Source: Basidiobolus meristosporus CBS 931.73 (taxonomy: Eukaryota > Fungi > Basidiobolomycota). From it: DNA of 64,000 bases. Made by a program: the position numbers and the translations under genes. The stretch is taken from assembly GCA_002104905.1 (NCBI GenBank), contig MCFE01000155.1, forward strand, positions 87,762-151,761, given 5' to 3'. The notes beneath the pieces are model-generated. The model saw only the letters and a list, made by a program, of their open reading frames with translations, was not told the DNA's origin and made no database searches. How positions within the stretch are numbered: the stretch's first letter is position 1; the number at the start of each line of letters is the position of its first letter. Below are positions 11,256 through 24,049 of this stretch, one piece after another.

Positions 11256-12048
11256 TTACTCTTGCTTTTCCGTTTTCTCTGCGACGATGACAGTCGCAGG
11301 TCTTAGAACCCGGTTCTTGTACATATATCCAGGCTTGACCACCTCTGCTATGACTCCAGATACTTTACCGGACACCTTAGACTGCGGCGCGACTTCATGG
11401 AGAACCGGGTTGAATTCAACATTCACCTCGGCATATTCCTCAACGCCATGTCGTCTCAGCGTCTTCGAAAGCTCTGTGCGAATCATGGTAACACCGGTGC
11501 AAAGGTTCGAGAGTTGGGAATCGCCTTCAGTCCTTGATTCTTCGGGAACCTTGCCGAGGGACTCGTTGAGTATGTCAGCAATAGGTAATATCTCGTTTGC
11601 AAACCGGAGGAAGGTTTTTTCGGTGGTGTCGGTGATTTCCTGACGAGCGCGGATTCGAATGTTTTCCATTTCGGCGAGACAGCGAAGATAGGCATCCTAA
11701 AGTATATCCATAGGTAAGGGAAGCGGGTTAGATCTAAGAACCCGCACGGCAACTTAGGGGCTTGGATAAAGGCTGTTACCCTACCTTGGCTTCGTTGAAC
11801 TCCTTTTCTTTGTCTACTTTCTTTTCAGTTTCACCAGGGGCTTCTTCAGGAGCTGCTTCTGGGTTTACCGGCTCCTCTTTGGCGCTCACATTCTCTGGAG
11901 CGTCTTTCTCCTGCTCACCATCTGATTTTGTTGAGTAATAGAAAAGGTTGCGCGAGAGCGGTGAAGTGGCGTTGAGGAGCTTTCTATCTACGCTAAACAA
12001 CGAACGGTTCGAGAAGGTGAGATATTTCACGCAAGCACGAAGAGACAT
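11256..12048 (-). CDS. MGE1: Mitochondrial GrpE nucleotide-exchange factor
   Basis: Exons 12048-11785 and 11696-11256. Basic presequence, then DAYLRCLAEMENIRIRARQE, FNPVLHEV and GYMYKNRVLRPATVIV GrpE motifs. Confidence 0.95.
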
Positions 12049-12626
12049 CAGAATAGTATGGGTGATGAGAAAGTGGGATACAAGTAAACGCCAAGAATAG
12101 ACCCTTCCATGTATATATACACCGCCGGGTATCGAATATGCTGGAATCGAGCCAATATTCTAGTCATGCAGTCATTCGTCATCTAGATCCTCGAAGTGAC
12201 TTGCGTTTTATTAGGAATATTGTGGCTGGAGCGGGGCATTTGCTGGCTGCCTCGCCAGAATTGGGAATCCGTTCGCGCTAAATTATCCAGTTGTGAGCGA
12301 GCATGTCGGGAATGCCGATCTCGAATCATACGGATTGTCACCAGCGGGCAGAGGCTACGGGTAGACACGAAATCGTGTACCCCGTGTCAGTTAATATATG
12401 CAAATTGGAAGCAATCATAAAACCAACCAAATCAACCTCAGCTTCCAACCTGGATGGATAAATCGGGCAGAAATCAATAAACTTAAGCTCGTCCAAGAAT
12501 CGAATGAAAAAATCGGACCTGTAGAAACAAAAAAAAACGTGATCATTGGTGTTGCTGCTTTTTTTTCGGCAGTTATATTGGAGTCCAGATGTTAGCGACA
12601 CCACTTTTTTGCTAGTAAAACCAACC

Positions 12627-13619
12627 ATGGACCAGGACCAAAGAGAAGTCGCTAAATTATGGAGGGTGTATAGAACCGTTCACCAGATGGCTCACGACAG
12701 GGTAATTGTTCATGTTAGACTCGCCAACAAGTACGCCTCGCTGAATTCCCAGTTTCTAGGGTTACTTAGTAAGTCAAGCGGAATTGGATATGGATCTCGA
12801 GCAATTCAAAAATATGTATGCTAGAGCTGGCATGGTGGAGTGAGTATCCATTCTTTTCGCGTCAAACGTGCCATACTCGGTTTTCTTACCTGTATTCGCG
12901 AACAGTCGCAATTCTCTTACTTTCTTGGTCCAGAAGAAAGATGATCCTTCGGATCAACTGCTCGTGTTCTTCCCAGAAGAAAAGTCGGTCGGCGTTAAGC
13001 CCATCAGAAAGTAAGTTATCCCGCGTTACTTTCCTCTCCCGAGCACGAACCTTATCCAGTCGAACAATAGATACTGCGAAAGAATGGTTACTCAGGGTAT
13101 ACCTAAAGGCATCATTGTTTACCAAGGCACCATGACCTCCTCAGCCAACAAGGTACACGTCGCTATTCAAATGTCAACATTGGAAGATATACTAAACTTC
13201 CTGTCAGGTTATCGATCAAATGTCAGCAAAGTATAACTTGGAATCTTTCCACGAAAGCGAGTTGCTAGTCAACATCACCGAGCATCAACTAGTCCCTATT
13301 CACGTAGTACTGGCACCAGAAGAAAAGCGTACATTATTGCAAAGATAGTATCCTTTTGAGCGTGTGGCTTCTGACCATGTCATCTCAGCATACACTATTG
13401 GCCTTAACCTTAGACTAGTCGCTTGAAGGAGACCCAGCTCCCTCGCATCCAGCCGTCCGATCCTGTCGCCAGATACTATGGATTGAAGAGAGGACAGGTA
13501 CATCTACTCCACCCGATAAATGCACCTAATAGATGGCTAACACGCGCTTTCAGGTGGTTAAGATCATCCGACCCAGTGAAACAGCTGGTAGATATCTCAC
13601 CTACAGACTTTGCTTATAA
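12627..13619 (+). CDS. RPB5: RNA polymerase I/II/III shared subunit RPABC1 (multi-exon)
   Basis: Spliced product includes [79 protein letters not shown] and [17 protein letters not shown]. Confidence 0.97.
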
Positions 13620-15488
13620 CATATGATACTCCGCTTCTACTACTGTGAACCTTTAAAATGTATAAACATTGCTATCGGCAGACTATCCCCATCTGTCCTC
13701 TAATCACGTTCCAAAACCACCTGTTTGGGTATTTGCCTATGCTGTTGATGTAATACCACTATTAAAAGAGATTCGAAAAATAATAAACCAGAGTGGTTCA
13801 CATACAGCACTTTGTGGATTCCGACCATTCAATTATAACGAATATCGCGACCTGAATCTAGAGCTACCTCGTCCAAAGCCTAGATCGGAACTAGGATGTT
13901 TGGCTCATCAATAATCGATTTGTCATCAATGGGCTAATTCATACATGCTTGGCCTGCATCAACGACACAGCTGGATCATGGGACTTTCGGCACTGACTAA
14001 GCTTTTGAAATTATAATCATCTCTACTCCAGACACCAGCCAATGCGAGGATACCTCCATGATCACATCAACCACTCAGGTTGCTCTTTGATGTACGACAC
14101 AAGTGCGCCGAGGGTGTGTGTCAAGACGCACTTGAAAATCAACCTCTCCGTGGGCGTCAGAGCATGGAGGATATCGTGAAATTTTGCGGCAAGGCGAGGT
14201 CGTCGGTCACGAATGCCACCAAGTTTCTACTCCGATGGTGCGTCTCATTACGCCGAAGAGAAACCGCACAAATGGAACGGACTGTGTGCTACCTGGGCGA
14301 TCTTGGTAATGAAATCACCAGCTGATGTCATCCGGTGCATAGACAAGCTCAGCTGGATGATGTTGTTCGAGCTAGGTTCACACCATGGCTCCGGGTAAAT
14401 GGTCGCCGAGTCGATGAATCATCATTGATCAATGTTGCTCGATTATTCGGCCCCATTTAATTGATCATTTTCCAGGGCAACTGCAATGCAACATCGTCTA
14501 TCCAGGAGTTCAACATGCAGCACCAAAGGCATCGCCAGCCCTTCTAATGACGATATGGCCATTGTCCAAATCCCATGCGCCTGTAGCTCATTCCCTATTT
14601 CCATACCTCTTCTAACTGATGCTCGAGTTTGTTTCACAGCTGATAGCTACGAATAAATGGATCCTAAATCAGCACGGAGTTTTCTCAACGGGAAATTCAT
14701 TCTCCATCTTATCACATAACACACCTGTTGTATGATAGGATGCTTGTTTACCCCAATGAGCCGTTTAATATAAAATGGTTTTCCAATTGTATACGCGATT
14801 TTTTTTTGCCACCGTTCCCCACGTCGGTCGATTCCTTGATAATGGAGAACCAGTGGGCTCCATTCGATCACCTCCCCTCATGCTGATGAGGCCGGTTACC
14901 CTAGATTGAATTCGTTTCATTCGTATAGCCCCACGTTACTAGCGGGCTGCTAATAGTCATTACGGCATACAAGCTTTTAAGCTATGTGGGTGGTGACATT
15001 TGTGGATGGCTTCCCTTATTTGGGTTCAGAACTATAAGTTTATTCATTTGAATGAGCATTCGTTGATGATGACAAAATGAAAAATAGCGAGAAGACACCA
15101 TGGCTACACAAGGGGGATTCTGAGTTATGGATACTGTGCGAATATCGGGGGGAGGTCCGCAAACATTGTATCCACTCAAACGACGGGTGCTGCGAGAAGT
15201 CCTATCAGTGTAAGGGGAGAGAAACTAGAATATGGAAATTATAAACACAGTAAAATAGATATCTATGAAAACTGAATGTAAAGATCTTTATACAATTATT
15301 TCCAAGAGGTCGAGAATCTCGCTTTCTAAAGGATCAGATCAGCAGGATATAACTTGATATTAGCAAGTGGTGAAGAAAAATCTACCAAATGATAATACGA
15401 ACGGATTTAAACAAGAAAGCTCAAGTGTACAAAACCAGCCAGACGAGCTTCGCTTGCGGAGTGACTTGTTACTGCAAACTAGTGTGAT

Positions 15489-17336
15489 TTAAAGGTATCC
15501 CATATTATCGGAGGACATTAAATAAATTTGCGACTGGTTTGGTGGGGAGTTGTGTGTTGAACTGGTAGCTTGAGCTTGAAGAGGCGAGTCTTGCTCTTCA
15601 GGTTTGGTCTTTTTTACACTCCTCTTGGCTGATGTTGACTGCCCACTGTCGTATCTTTGACGCTTCTTGATCACATCCGTCTTCATCGAGAGTGGTCTCA
15701 TCTCATGGTGCAGCTTAAGGCTTAATTACAGATGAATATCGATTTAAGACGGGATGATTCCTGGCGTTGTACTTACTATAAGCCACAGGCATTGCATAGA
15801 GTATTTCCTTTGTCATCCCTTCTCCACAATGGTGTAGTGGTAGTGCTGCAGTTTGAGCAGATTGGTTGCGACTGAGGATCTTCATTCCTTGCGTCCTTGC
15901 GCACAATATGGGGCTTCATGGTTTTTGGACGCGCTACGTGATGCAATTTGAGACTAGCGCGATTGTTTCGGTTAGATTTGATGATCTGCAACACTTGACG
16001 TGTAAGTAACTTACTAGAGCCCACAAGCATTGCATAGAAGCTCGTCGTTGGCCGACCGTCTCCATAGTGGAGTAGAAGTGGCACCACAATTCTTGCATTG
16101 TGCTTTTCCATCTACCTTGTCGTCTTCGGACACCATAGCGCTAGGCCCAGGATTGGCTCTGTATGCGTCCGAGTTGGGGCTTTCTGAGGGTACATTCATA
16201 CCATTGTACGAGGAAAGCTGGGAGTTAACAGCTGCTGAGGCCAAATGCGAGCTGCCAAAGCTCCCCATGTAGGCGTTTGTAGTGGTCATTGGTGTCTGGG
16301 TAGGATTGGCTGAGGGATTTTGCATAGGATTGAACGCTTGTCGGTTCATAGACACCATCGGAGATAGTGAGGATTGTGAAAAGCTTGGAGTAGAGATATT
16401 TGGAACGTTTAAAGCGTTGTTTCCATTGTATGAAAGAGCGCCTCTTTGCTGGTTCATACTTTGCTCATACCATTGATTATTGTACAGGTAATATGACATT
16501 GGGTCGTTGGCCGGAGTAGATATAGGAGAGATGGCAGGAGTGCTGAAAGTAGAGTTGCCACCATAAGGCTCCCATTCTTGCGGACCAGCAATGTCCTCGA
16601 ATGGGATCTCCAAGGATGGAGGCTCGTCAAAAGCTCCCAAGAAGGCAGATGCCGCGTAAGTCCCAAATATATCCTCGAGGCCAATAACCTGAGCAGATTG
16701 AGCGCTGTTTTGTGGTTGTGAGAATTGATCTTGAGCGCTATGTTGAGCTAATTGATTAAAATTGCCAGCCGTATTAGGAGGAAAATTAGCGACAGAACCT
16801 GATATACTTTCTGAAGCAGTTTGACTAACAGGGCTTGTTTGAGCAGGAGTTACCTCCGAGGAAGCTAATGAAGTCGCGGATTGGGGTGCGGGCATAGAAG
16901 ACGAAGTGCTTTCTACCGCTTTATTTTTAACAGTGAGCGAAGGTGCACGTGTATTGGGAAGCGATATAGATTCTTGCTGGTCATTTACAACGGAGGGTTT
17001 ATGAGGGATTTCCTGAGGCTCACTTTCAAATGATTTTATAGGAGGGACCCTCGGGGACGCGACAGGGCTTTCAATACCTTTGTCACTCTCAAGCTTCTTC
17101 GTGGTAGCGGTCGCATACTTCTTGAATTGGCTTTTGGTATTTTTTTGCCCGTGTACCATACTTTTGTGTAAGTGCCATAGTCTCCAGGACAGATTCTCAA
17201 GTCGGTTGCCGTTTTCTAAGGAATCTTTGACTTTGGTACAAACGCGCCATGTTTTAGACAACTCTTCTTCAGTGTTGAGGTTGGAGAAGGAAGTGAACGC
17301 TTTGTTTCCTTTGATTTTTAAAATTATAGGGGCCAT
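15489..17336 (-). CDS. GATA transcription factor with N-terminal LENLSWR (DUF1752-type) motif and two tandem C-X2-C-X17-C-X2-C fingers; AreA/Gat1-related, ~576 aa
   Basis: Exons 17336-16015, 15953-15777 and 15720-15489 total 1731 nt. Motifs: [66 protein letters not shown] and the AreA-like tail [15 protein letters not shown]. Confidence 0.93.
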
Positions 17337-19217
17337 TTTCCGTCGCAGTGTATGCCAATATACTTAGTACTTCTTGGTACACGAAGAAAATGACTAGTCG
17401 AAGATAGTGAGGTTCTTCGTTCGCTTATACAGCTGGGCCAGGAAATATATTGAAACTGAACCAATACAATCCAAAGCTGATTATTCTCTGGGATAACTAC
17501 GAGGAGTATGCAGCAAGAGAGAGGAGATTAAGTAGAGAGTAGAATCAAGGACAAAACGATGGAAAGTGTAAGAGAGGAATAAATGGCAAAAATAAATGAG
17601 GGACCATCTCGAATAGAACCCAGTTCAAATAAAACTAGGCTTTGTCCAATCATGTGTAAATTTAAGATGAACCGCATTTCTACTTGATTGGCAGAGAGCA
17701 GCCAAGAACGATTTCAGCTTATGGGGTTTTCTTTTGTGTGACACACTCAGTCGGGAATCAGTCTAAGTGTTTCCAATTTTAATATTCAGATCTTACAAAA
17801 ATTCTGATTTCTAGAAAACAAATCCTCGTATCTGAGGTTGATGGATCGTACCTTGATCTTGGAAATATTCTTTGCACGACCAGGAGAAATAGAATCCGCG
17901 GAATAGACCGCGATTAATCGATCACCAAACTAGGATGGTCCTTGCTCAATCATTGCTCTCGGTTAAATTTTGATCAATCAGCTGGCCCGCAGTATAGAAA
18001 AAACGTGCTTGAATGGTCGCTTCTGACGAGAATTTCCAAGTTGGTGGTAAGTAAATTACTAAATGATGAAGTCCAAAGGCTGTCCAGTTTATTGGCCTGG
18101 TTGGTGATCTCAAACCCATAAATGCAGAGGATTGGCAATAGCAGCGCAGCTCCATGAAGCCCGTTGACAAATAGAGTCTCCTCCATATAACCGGTTCCAT
18201 GAGTAACCTAGATTGATCACTATTAGGAGATGGCGGAGGAGTATGATGTCTTAAGAACACACGATTCCTTTTAAGCACTAGTCGTAAAACCTGGCTAACA
18301 ACATAGTATCGTCCGGTACTGCTGCAGGCCCCCAACCAGTTCACTCTCGCAAGGGAGAAGGGGGCCATTATAGACATTTATATTGGGCACTAGCAGGCTA
18401 ACTTGGCCGTTTCCTGGCTGTTGGACCCAAGCCAAAGCATAGCGTAGAAACACCAACACTTGTTAGGTACAAATTTTCCAATACCTCTGTATTGCTAGAA
18501 AACTAATTTGATTCTATTGCCAGGAGATGGGTTGTTCGTTTTCTAGCTTCACGAGTTGAATCCCCACTATAGAAAATTACCAAAGTCTAGGGTTGTGAGA
18601 CAAATGTAGTAATTTCCTAATTCAAGAATGCTGGCTTCATTAGCCCATATACAAGCGCAAACAAATGATATCGAATCTAATTCTCAGATTCACCGAGCAA
18701 ACCGAATACTGCGGAACTTGTGTGGATCACTAAGAAGCTCGATTAACTCAACTGCTATCGTCTTGCTGATGCCCATCTAAGCCCATTCATTGGCTAGCTG
18801 CTAGCAACTACAGCAAAGGCTCGTGATCATCAACGGTTCACAGCGAGAGCGAGATTGTTGTACAGAGCAATGTCCACTTACTAACAATAATCACGCGAAT
18901 TGCCATATTGCTTCAGTTGATCACGAGGTAATCTGGATATCTTTTATCCTTCATGAAAAGTAGTTTTAATTACGATGTGTAGTCAAACTCCAAAGTAATA
19001 CTTGATAAATATTATCAAGTGTTGGTCAAGGGTGGGGGACAGAAGTATTTGCTACGTACACGAAATCAAAGATAAACTGGGTGACATTTGACCAACAAGT
19101 TTGATACGCCGAAGAGTATTTGGAATCAGAAGCTTCAAAAAGGTTTCAAAGCCCTAACGTAGTTACTATGATAATTACAAAAGCTTGCTAACCACAGGAA
19201 TATGCAGATGCACCCGA

Positions 19218-19616
19218 TTATTGCTTCATCTTCTTCTCCTTCTCTCTGTCGGAAGTAGGATCCACATAGCCCTTCATAATAGTAAGTTTACCAACAGCGC
19301 CGGCGCGAGTAGCCATGATAGTTTCGATGTTCTTGTTGATATTCGACGTCAATTTCTGTCAAGATTGATTAAGGTTACCGCAATTCTAGTCAAACGTAGG
19401 GTAATATCTTGTGATCTGCCATATTATGTACCTTCTGAACGTTCTTTTGTTTGACCAAAGTCTGCTTTTTGGGAGGAATAACGATACCTATACATAATGT
19501 AGGTCAGCAAATGGCATGTTGTTTTGAATGAGAATATGAGCGGTACCCCTCTTTGGCTTGGTGGTCTTCTTAGTGTTTTTTGCGCCACTTTTCTTTCCTA
19601 TGGGTTTTTGGGCCAT
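19218..19616 (-). CDS. Small basic UPF0390/DUF2462-family protein (three exons, absent from the ORF track)
   Basis: Spliced reading MAQKPIGKKSGAKNTKKTTKPKRG-IVIPPKKQTLVKQKNVQK-KLTSNINKNIETIMATRAGAVGKLTIMK..., with canonical GT-AG introns. Confidence 0.8.
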
Positions 19617-20311
19617 TTTGTCGTATAGAGGGTTGAGAGAAGAGTGATTTCTCTACATACTGGTTCTTTCAATAAAGACTGAAAAAAAAAAGATTTTCTG
19701 GAAATTGATATTTTTTTATGTATATTTTTCAAGATGGTTCGTAATTACATCCGTGGATAATTATTTTTTATTTTCCACGAATAATATGTGCAATTTATAA
19801 TGTACTAATGACTTGGTCTGCTTGCAAAAATGTAATCGTAACGGTGACAAGGTTGCATATCGCGTGTGTTAAGCGCACTTCAGAGCATTCGTTAAATAGT
19901 TAGCACCATAAGAAAGCATGGGCACATTCGCTGATGGATATTAGATCGCCTCAAGAATTGTACCATTATTCATATACTATGGTGGTCAATCGTCGTATAT
20001 GGTATTGTGAACTAGAACCAAGTTTTTAATGGAAGTTGTGCGGAGAATGGTCAAGCTAACTTTGCGAACAGTGATGACTTTTTATGGAAATGCAGGTAAA
20101 TAGGCTCATACCAATTTGTACCTTAGAATGAACATAAATAAGGGTGTGTATTCTTTCTTTTTAAGAAATCCAGATTACACAGTACATAGTGACTAGTGTG
20201 GAAATTTTCAAAAACTAAAGGGGTGGAATTCAAGCTGGTCTCGAATACCAGTAGGATGGCCTGGAATTCATGCTAGAAAGCGGATTGGGAGGGCGGAAAG
20301 AGTGTCGAAGA

Positions 20312-21703
20312 TCAAGCCCATACTTCGCGAACAAAGCGTGCTAGATCTACAGGCGTTTCAGTGTACCGAAGAACAAATGGATCATCAAGTAATTGTCTCG
20401 GTGTTGGGCGCTGTGTCGAGTCTTTAATCAGGCTATGGATCGAAAACTGATGTTAGGCTGGTTGAGAGGGGCGAACATGAGTCTTTCAGTATACCATTTA
20501 GCAATGAAGTTGGATATCTCTGGACTCCAACCATCTTCAACTCGTAATTCCGGCACGGGTGAGCGGACAATATAGTCAAGCAGTTCGAATATAGCTAGAG
20601 GGGGATGGCCAGGCGGAGGGAATGGGAAGCGCGAATTGGCAATCTCGATGATCGTCAGCCCAAGAGACCAGATGTCTGATTGGACCGCATACCGAGCTCC
20701 TTGTATTCTCTCCGGCTAGAATGAAGATCGTTTAATATAGGGTCAGTCGGTGTTAAAGAAGACGAGCTTACTGCCATATAATAGCTAGTTCCAACAAAAG
20801 TGGCGGCAATAGAATCAACCAATTCTCCACTGACGCCAAAATCAATAAGTTTGATATTTCCATCGCTGGTTAGTAGAATGTTGGAGGGCTTGACATCTTC
20901 ACGTTTAGTTAGGAATCATGAACGCATCATAGGTTTAATAAAAACACTTACCTCGATGTATAATATGTCGACTGTGAAGGTAAACTAAGCCATTCAGAAC
21001 CTTGTAAAAATCGAATATTACTAATGTTACAAATTTGGGTGTCAAGCACGAATAATAATATTTACCGCCACAGCTATTTTCCCAAGTACTCCCTCGCCAA
21101 TACGACCACCTTTTTCGGCTGCTTTTCTGCAGATGGCGTCGAAGCTTCCACCATGACAGTATTCCATACAAATAGAAATAGAGGTATCTTCCTCATCCAA
21201 ATAGGCACCATAGAAGGATACAATATACGGGGATTTACAAGTGCGAAGGAAAGAGAGCTCTCGAATAATTTGTCGTTGCATGTTTGGATCAGGGTCAGCT
21301 GGTACGGTCTGAAGAGGGGTGAAACGCCGTTAAAGCTAGGCTCCGCATTGGAAGGCAAAGTATTTATCGTAGGCCAAATTACCTTTCTTGCCATAATCAT
21401 CTTGGTAGGTTCATGCTGCACTTGGAATACTGAGCCACCAGCGCCTTCGCCAAGTTTTTTAATTTCAGTTATGTTGCTTGGGTTTAAATCTAAAAACTCA
21501 TTCGATTCGCTGTTCTCTCCATTTGAATGCAAATTACTCATTTCAACCGCACTCTTCAATGCTACAGTATTTGTAGCAAACAGGGATGCGCTTGGAGATC
21601 TTTGTTCCTCAATGGTATCACTGACAGGAGAAATCTTCAGCCCTGTTGGGTTTCGATTCTTTTTCCTGAACATGGTAGCATTTGAACGATTCAATGAAGC
21701 CAT
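20312..21703 (-). CDS. MKK1: MAP kinase kinase (STE7 family), Mkk1/Pek1-like, multi-exon
   Basis: [93 protein letters not shown] and DIWSLGLT. The orthology call rests on motif resemblance, and the start could be the second Met. Confidence 0.9.
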
Positions 21704-22483
21704 GCTGAAAGACTAAGAAGACACAATAGAGCCTTCTGTCTACTTAAAGCTACCTCTAAGAAGAGCAATGAAATTTTAATGATGAGACTTTCCCATTGTA
21801 ATCGATCGGTTGGCAACTGATATTTAGAATCGATTATTCACATACATTTACCCCATTTCATTGTACCTTAATGTACATTATAGTAGAGCCGACTGGCCCC
21901 GAAATTATCTAGGGTGCTCAAACATTGTAATTTTGGACAACCCGTCTATTACTGCTAAATTGCCTTGCTTCAGTTTTAGCGTGATACAGGTTTAACAGGT
22001 TCTCATTTCTTTCTAGCACGCAATGTCAGAGCTTGTGCGCACACTGGGCAGCTAGTCGATCGTGATTCAGCAGTATACTTTACTAACGAATTACACCCTT
22101 CGGTGTTTCTGGCAGGAACAGAACGAAAAGATAAACGATAATCAGAGCAAGCTCTTCGTTTGACTAATGGCTGGTTCGTACAGAAGTATGAAGCAACGGG
22201 ACAAACGAAACAAAAACATGTACAGGATATCGGATGCTTAAAAATCAGAGAAGATTTACTGAGCAATTAGGTTAAATTCCACTCCATGTGTATTCAACCC
22301 GAAATATCGAAAGGCCGTACAGGTTGGTATTTGCATAGGTATTGAAGGTATCGGTTGGTCCCTCTAGTCTCCCTTGAAATGTTGGATACTATGCTTTGGA
22401 CGGGTATTCTGTTGACCATAACTTATTTCAAGCAATGTGCTGCAATAAGAATTTCTCCGTAACAACGGTATAGATGACTGAAT

Positions 22484-24049
22484 TTACATGGACTTTTGTC
22501 TTATATGCGCAGCATGTCCGACACCTAGTCTGATGGATGCAGGGCGGTTCGTAACCGGTGAAGTATTCTGTATTTGCTTCAAGGCTTGTCGTTCATGAGT
22601 GCGCATATGTTGTCCCAGGTTGTCTCTTCGGGAGAATGTTTTTTGACATCCGATATATGTACAGGCAAAAGGTCTTTCAAGAGTATGAACTCTCATGTGA
22701 CGCTTCAGGTGTTCCAAGCGTTTGAAGCGCATATTGCACCCAGAAACGGTGCAGACGTGATTCTTCGTTGAGGAGGTCCTTGGCGCCGTCGTAGTGGTAG
22801 GAATATATTGTGACGGAGATTCCTCAATGGTGGCAAGTGGGGTGCCAACTACCGAGTGAACATGGGTGAGTAGAAATGGAAGCGACTGCTCCGTGGGGTG
22901 AGGATGGGGGTACGAATGAGGGGGCAGATGAGGTAGAGAGTGAGCATTGGAGAATATATGAATATGTGATTGAGGGTAAAGGTGGCGTAATACATTTGAT
23001 GGAAGTGCGTGTGGGTTCTGATAAGTTGGTGAAAAGTGAGAGGGCATTCCATGATTGTTGGGCACAGAGGTCATGACTGCAATACTATGTCTTCTCTCGG
23101 TTCGACCACAGTTTTGGATTTTGGTCGGCTGTTCCTCACATGATTCTTGTATGGAGGCTACTGTATGCTCAGAGTAGCGACGTTTGTGTCGATACGAGTT
23201 TGACGAAGATGCCTCCTCTTCGTTTAGTAATTGATGGATATTACTGATTTTGGAAGGAGATAGAATCGAACTTTCCACTTCAGCGGGCGATGGTACGCTC
23301 AGATGTTTGAGTTGCAGTTTTGGGTTGATTGTGCTAGTTCTAATAGTTTCTCCAACCGCCAAACTCCGTCTTCGATCAAGGAGTCTAGTACAATTCTGGT
23401 CGTTCTCTCTTTCGGCTGAGGATTGGGGAGGGGTTTCTAATACGCTTCTGCGTCGTTGATGCGTGCGAAAGTGGGCGGAATAGTTGTCGCTTCTACTGAA
23501 GCTTTTCCCGCAATTCGGAAACTCACACACAAAGGGACGTTCTTTTGTGTGGACAAGGTGGTGCCTTTTCAGATGTTCGTAGCGTTTGAAGCTCCATCCA
23601 CACCCGTTATATGGACAGATGTATGCATGTTTCATATGACTGGATTCTTCTTTTTGTCGAAGCTCCGTCCCTAGAGTCCCTGAAGTACTGGCTGGGGTTC
23701 GAAGGGGCCGATCCTCCTCGGAATCACTAGTAGCCTTTGATGAATGACTGAATTCGCTATGTGAAGGGCTCCATGAAATATGGTTGCCACTCAATAGCTG
23801 TTCATCCGAATGATCAGTGGAAGGGAGGAGCGATAGCGAATGGGTTGGTGTATGTTTCTTAGCAGGCGCCACTGTGTCTTTGTGCGGAAAAGCCGTATCG
23901 ACTTCGGGATTGAGTTGATGAATTGAGGGAAGGGTGCAGTCGGAAGGCTCCTCAACAGGCGGTGTGCCGGTGCCTAGCAGCGGATCCTTGGCCAATTTTT
24001 CTGTGGTCGAGGAGTAATTGCTGCCCGGCGAACGGAGTGGGGAAGTCAT
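22484..24049 (-). CDS. C2H2 zinc-finger transcription factor with two separate finger pairs (Msn2/Seb1/BrlA-type recognition helices)
   Basis: Single long ORF. Pair 1 is [53 protein letters not shown]. Pair 2 is [53 protein letters not shown]. Confidence 0.92.
   Translation of the reverse strand: MTSPLRSPGSNYSSTTEKLAKDPLLGTGTPPVEEPSDCTLPSIHQLNPEVDTAFPHKDTVAPAKKHTPTHSLSLLPSTDHSDEQLLSGNHISWSPSHSEFSHSSKATSDSEEDRPLRTPASTSGTLGTELRQKEESSHMKHAYICPYNGCGWSFKRYEHLKRHHLVHTKERPFVCEFPNCGKSFSRSDNYSAHFRTHQRRRSVLETPPQSSAERENDQNCTRLLDRRRSLAVGETIRTSTINPKLQLKHLSVPSPAEVESSILSPSKISNIHQLLNEEEASSSNSYRHKRRYSEHTVASIQESCEEQPTKIQNCGRTERRHSIAVMTSVPNNHGMPSHFSPTYQNPHALPSNVLRHLYPQSHIHIFSNAHSLPHLPPHSYPHPHPTEQSLPFLLTHVHSVVGTPLATIEESPSQYIPTTTTAPRTSSTKNHVCTVSGCNMRFKRLEHLKRHMRVHTLERPFACTYIGCQKTFSRRDNLGQHMRTHERQALKQIQNTSPVTNRPASIRLGVGHAAHIRQKSM

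Noticed and set aside
12818-13135. ORFs 12818-13135 (+) and 12886-13125 (-) inside RPB5
   Set aside because: Fully explained by RPB5 exons and introns read in other frames.
14884-14930. CTGATGAG resembling a hammerhead ribozyme core
   Set aside because: No correctly placed GAAA or closing stems.
14690-14980. GGGAAATTC, ATAGTCAT and a TTCTCCAT/ATGGAGAA inverted repeat suggesting RNase P/MRP RNA
   Set aside because: No CR-V element able to form the P4 helix was found, and the matches are short enough to be chance. An Infernal search would settle it.
17946-18377. 143-aa minus-strand ORF upstream of the GATA gene
   Set aside because: No recognisable motif, an overlapping ORF is equally plausible, and it lies in probable promoter sequence.
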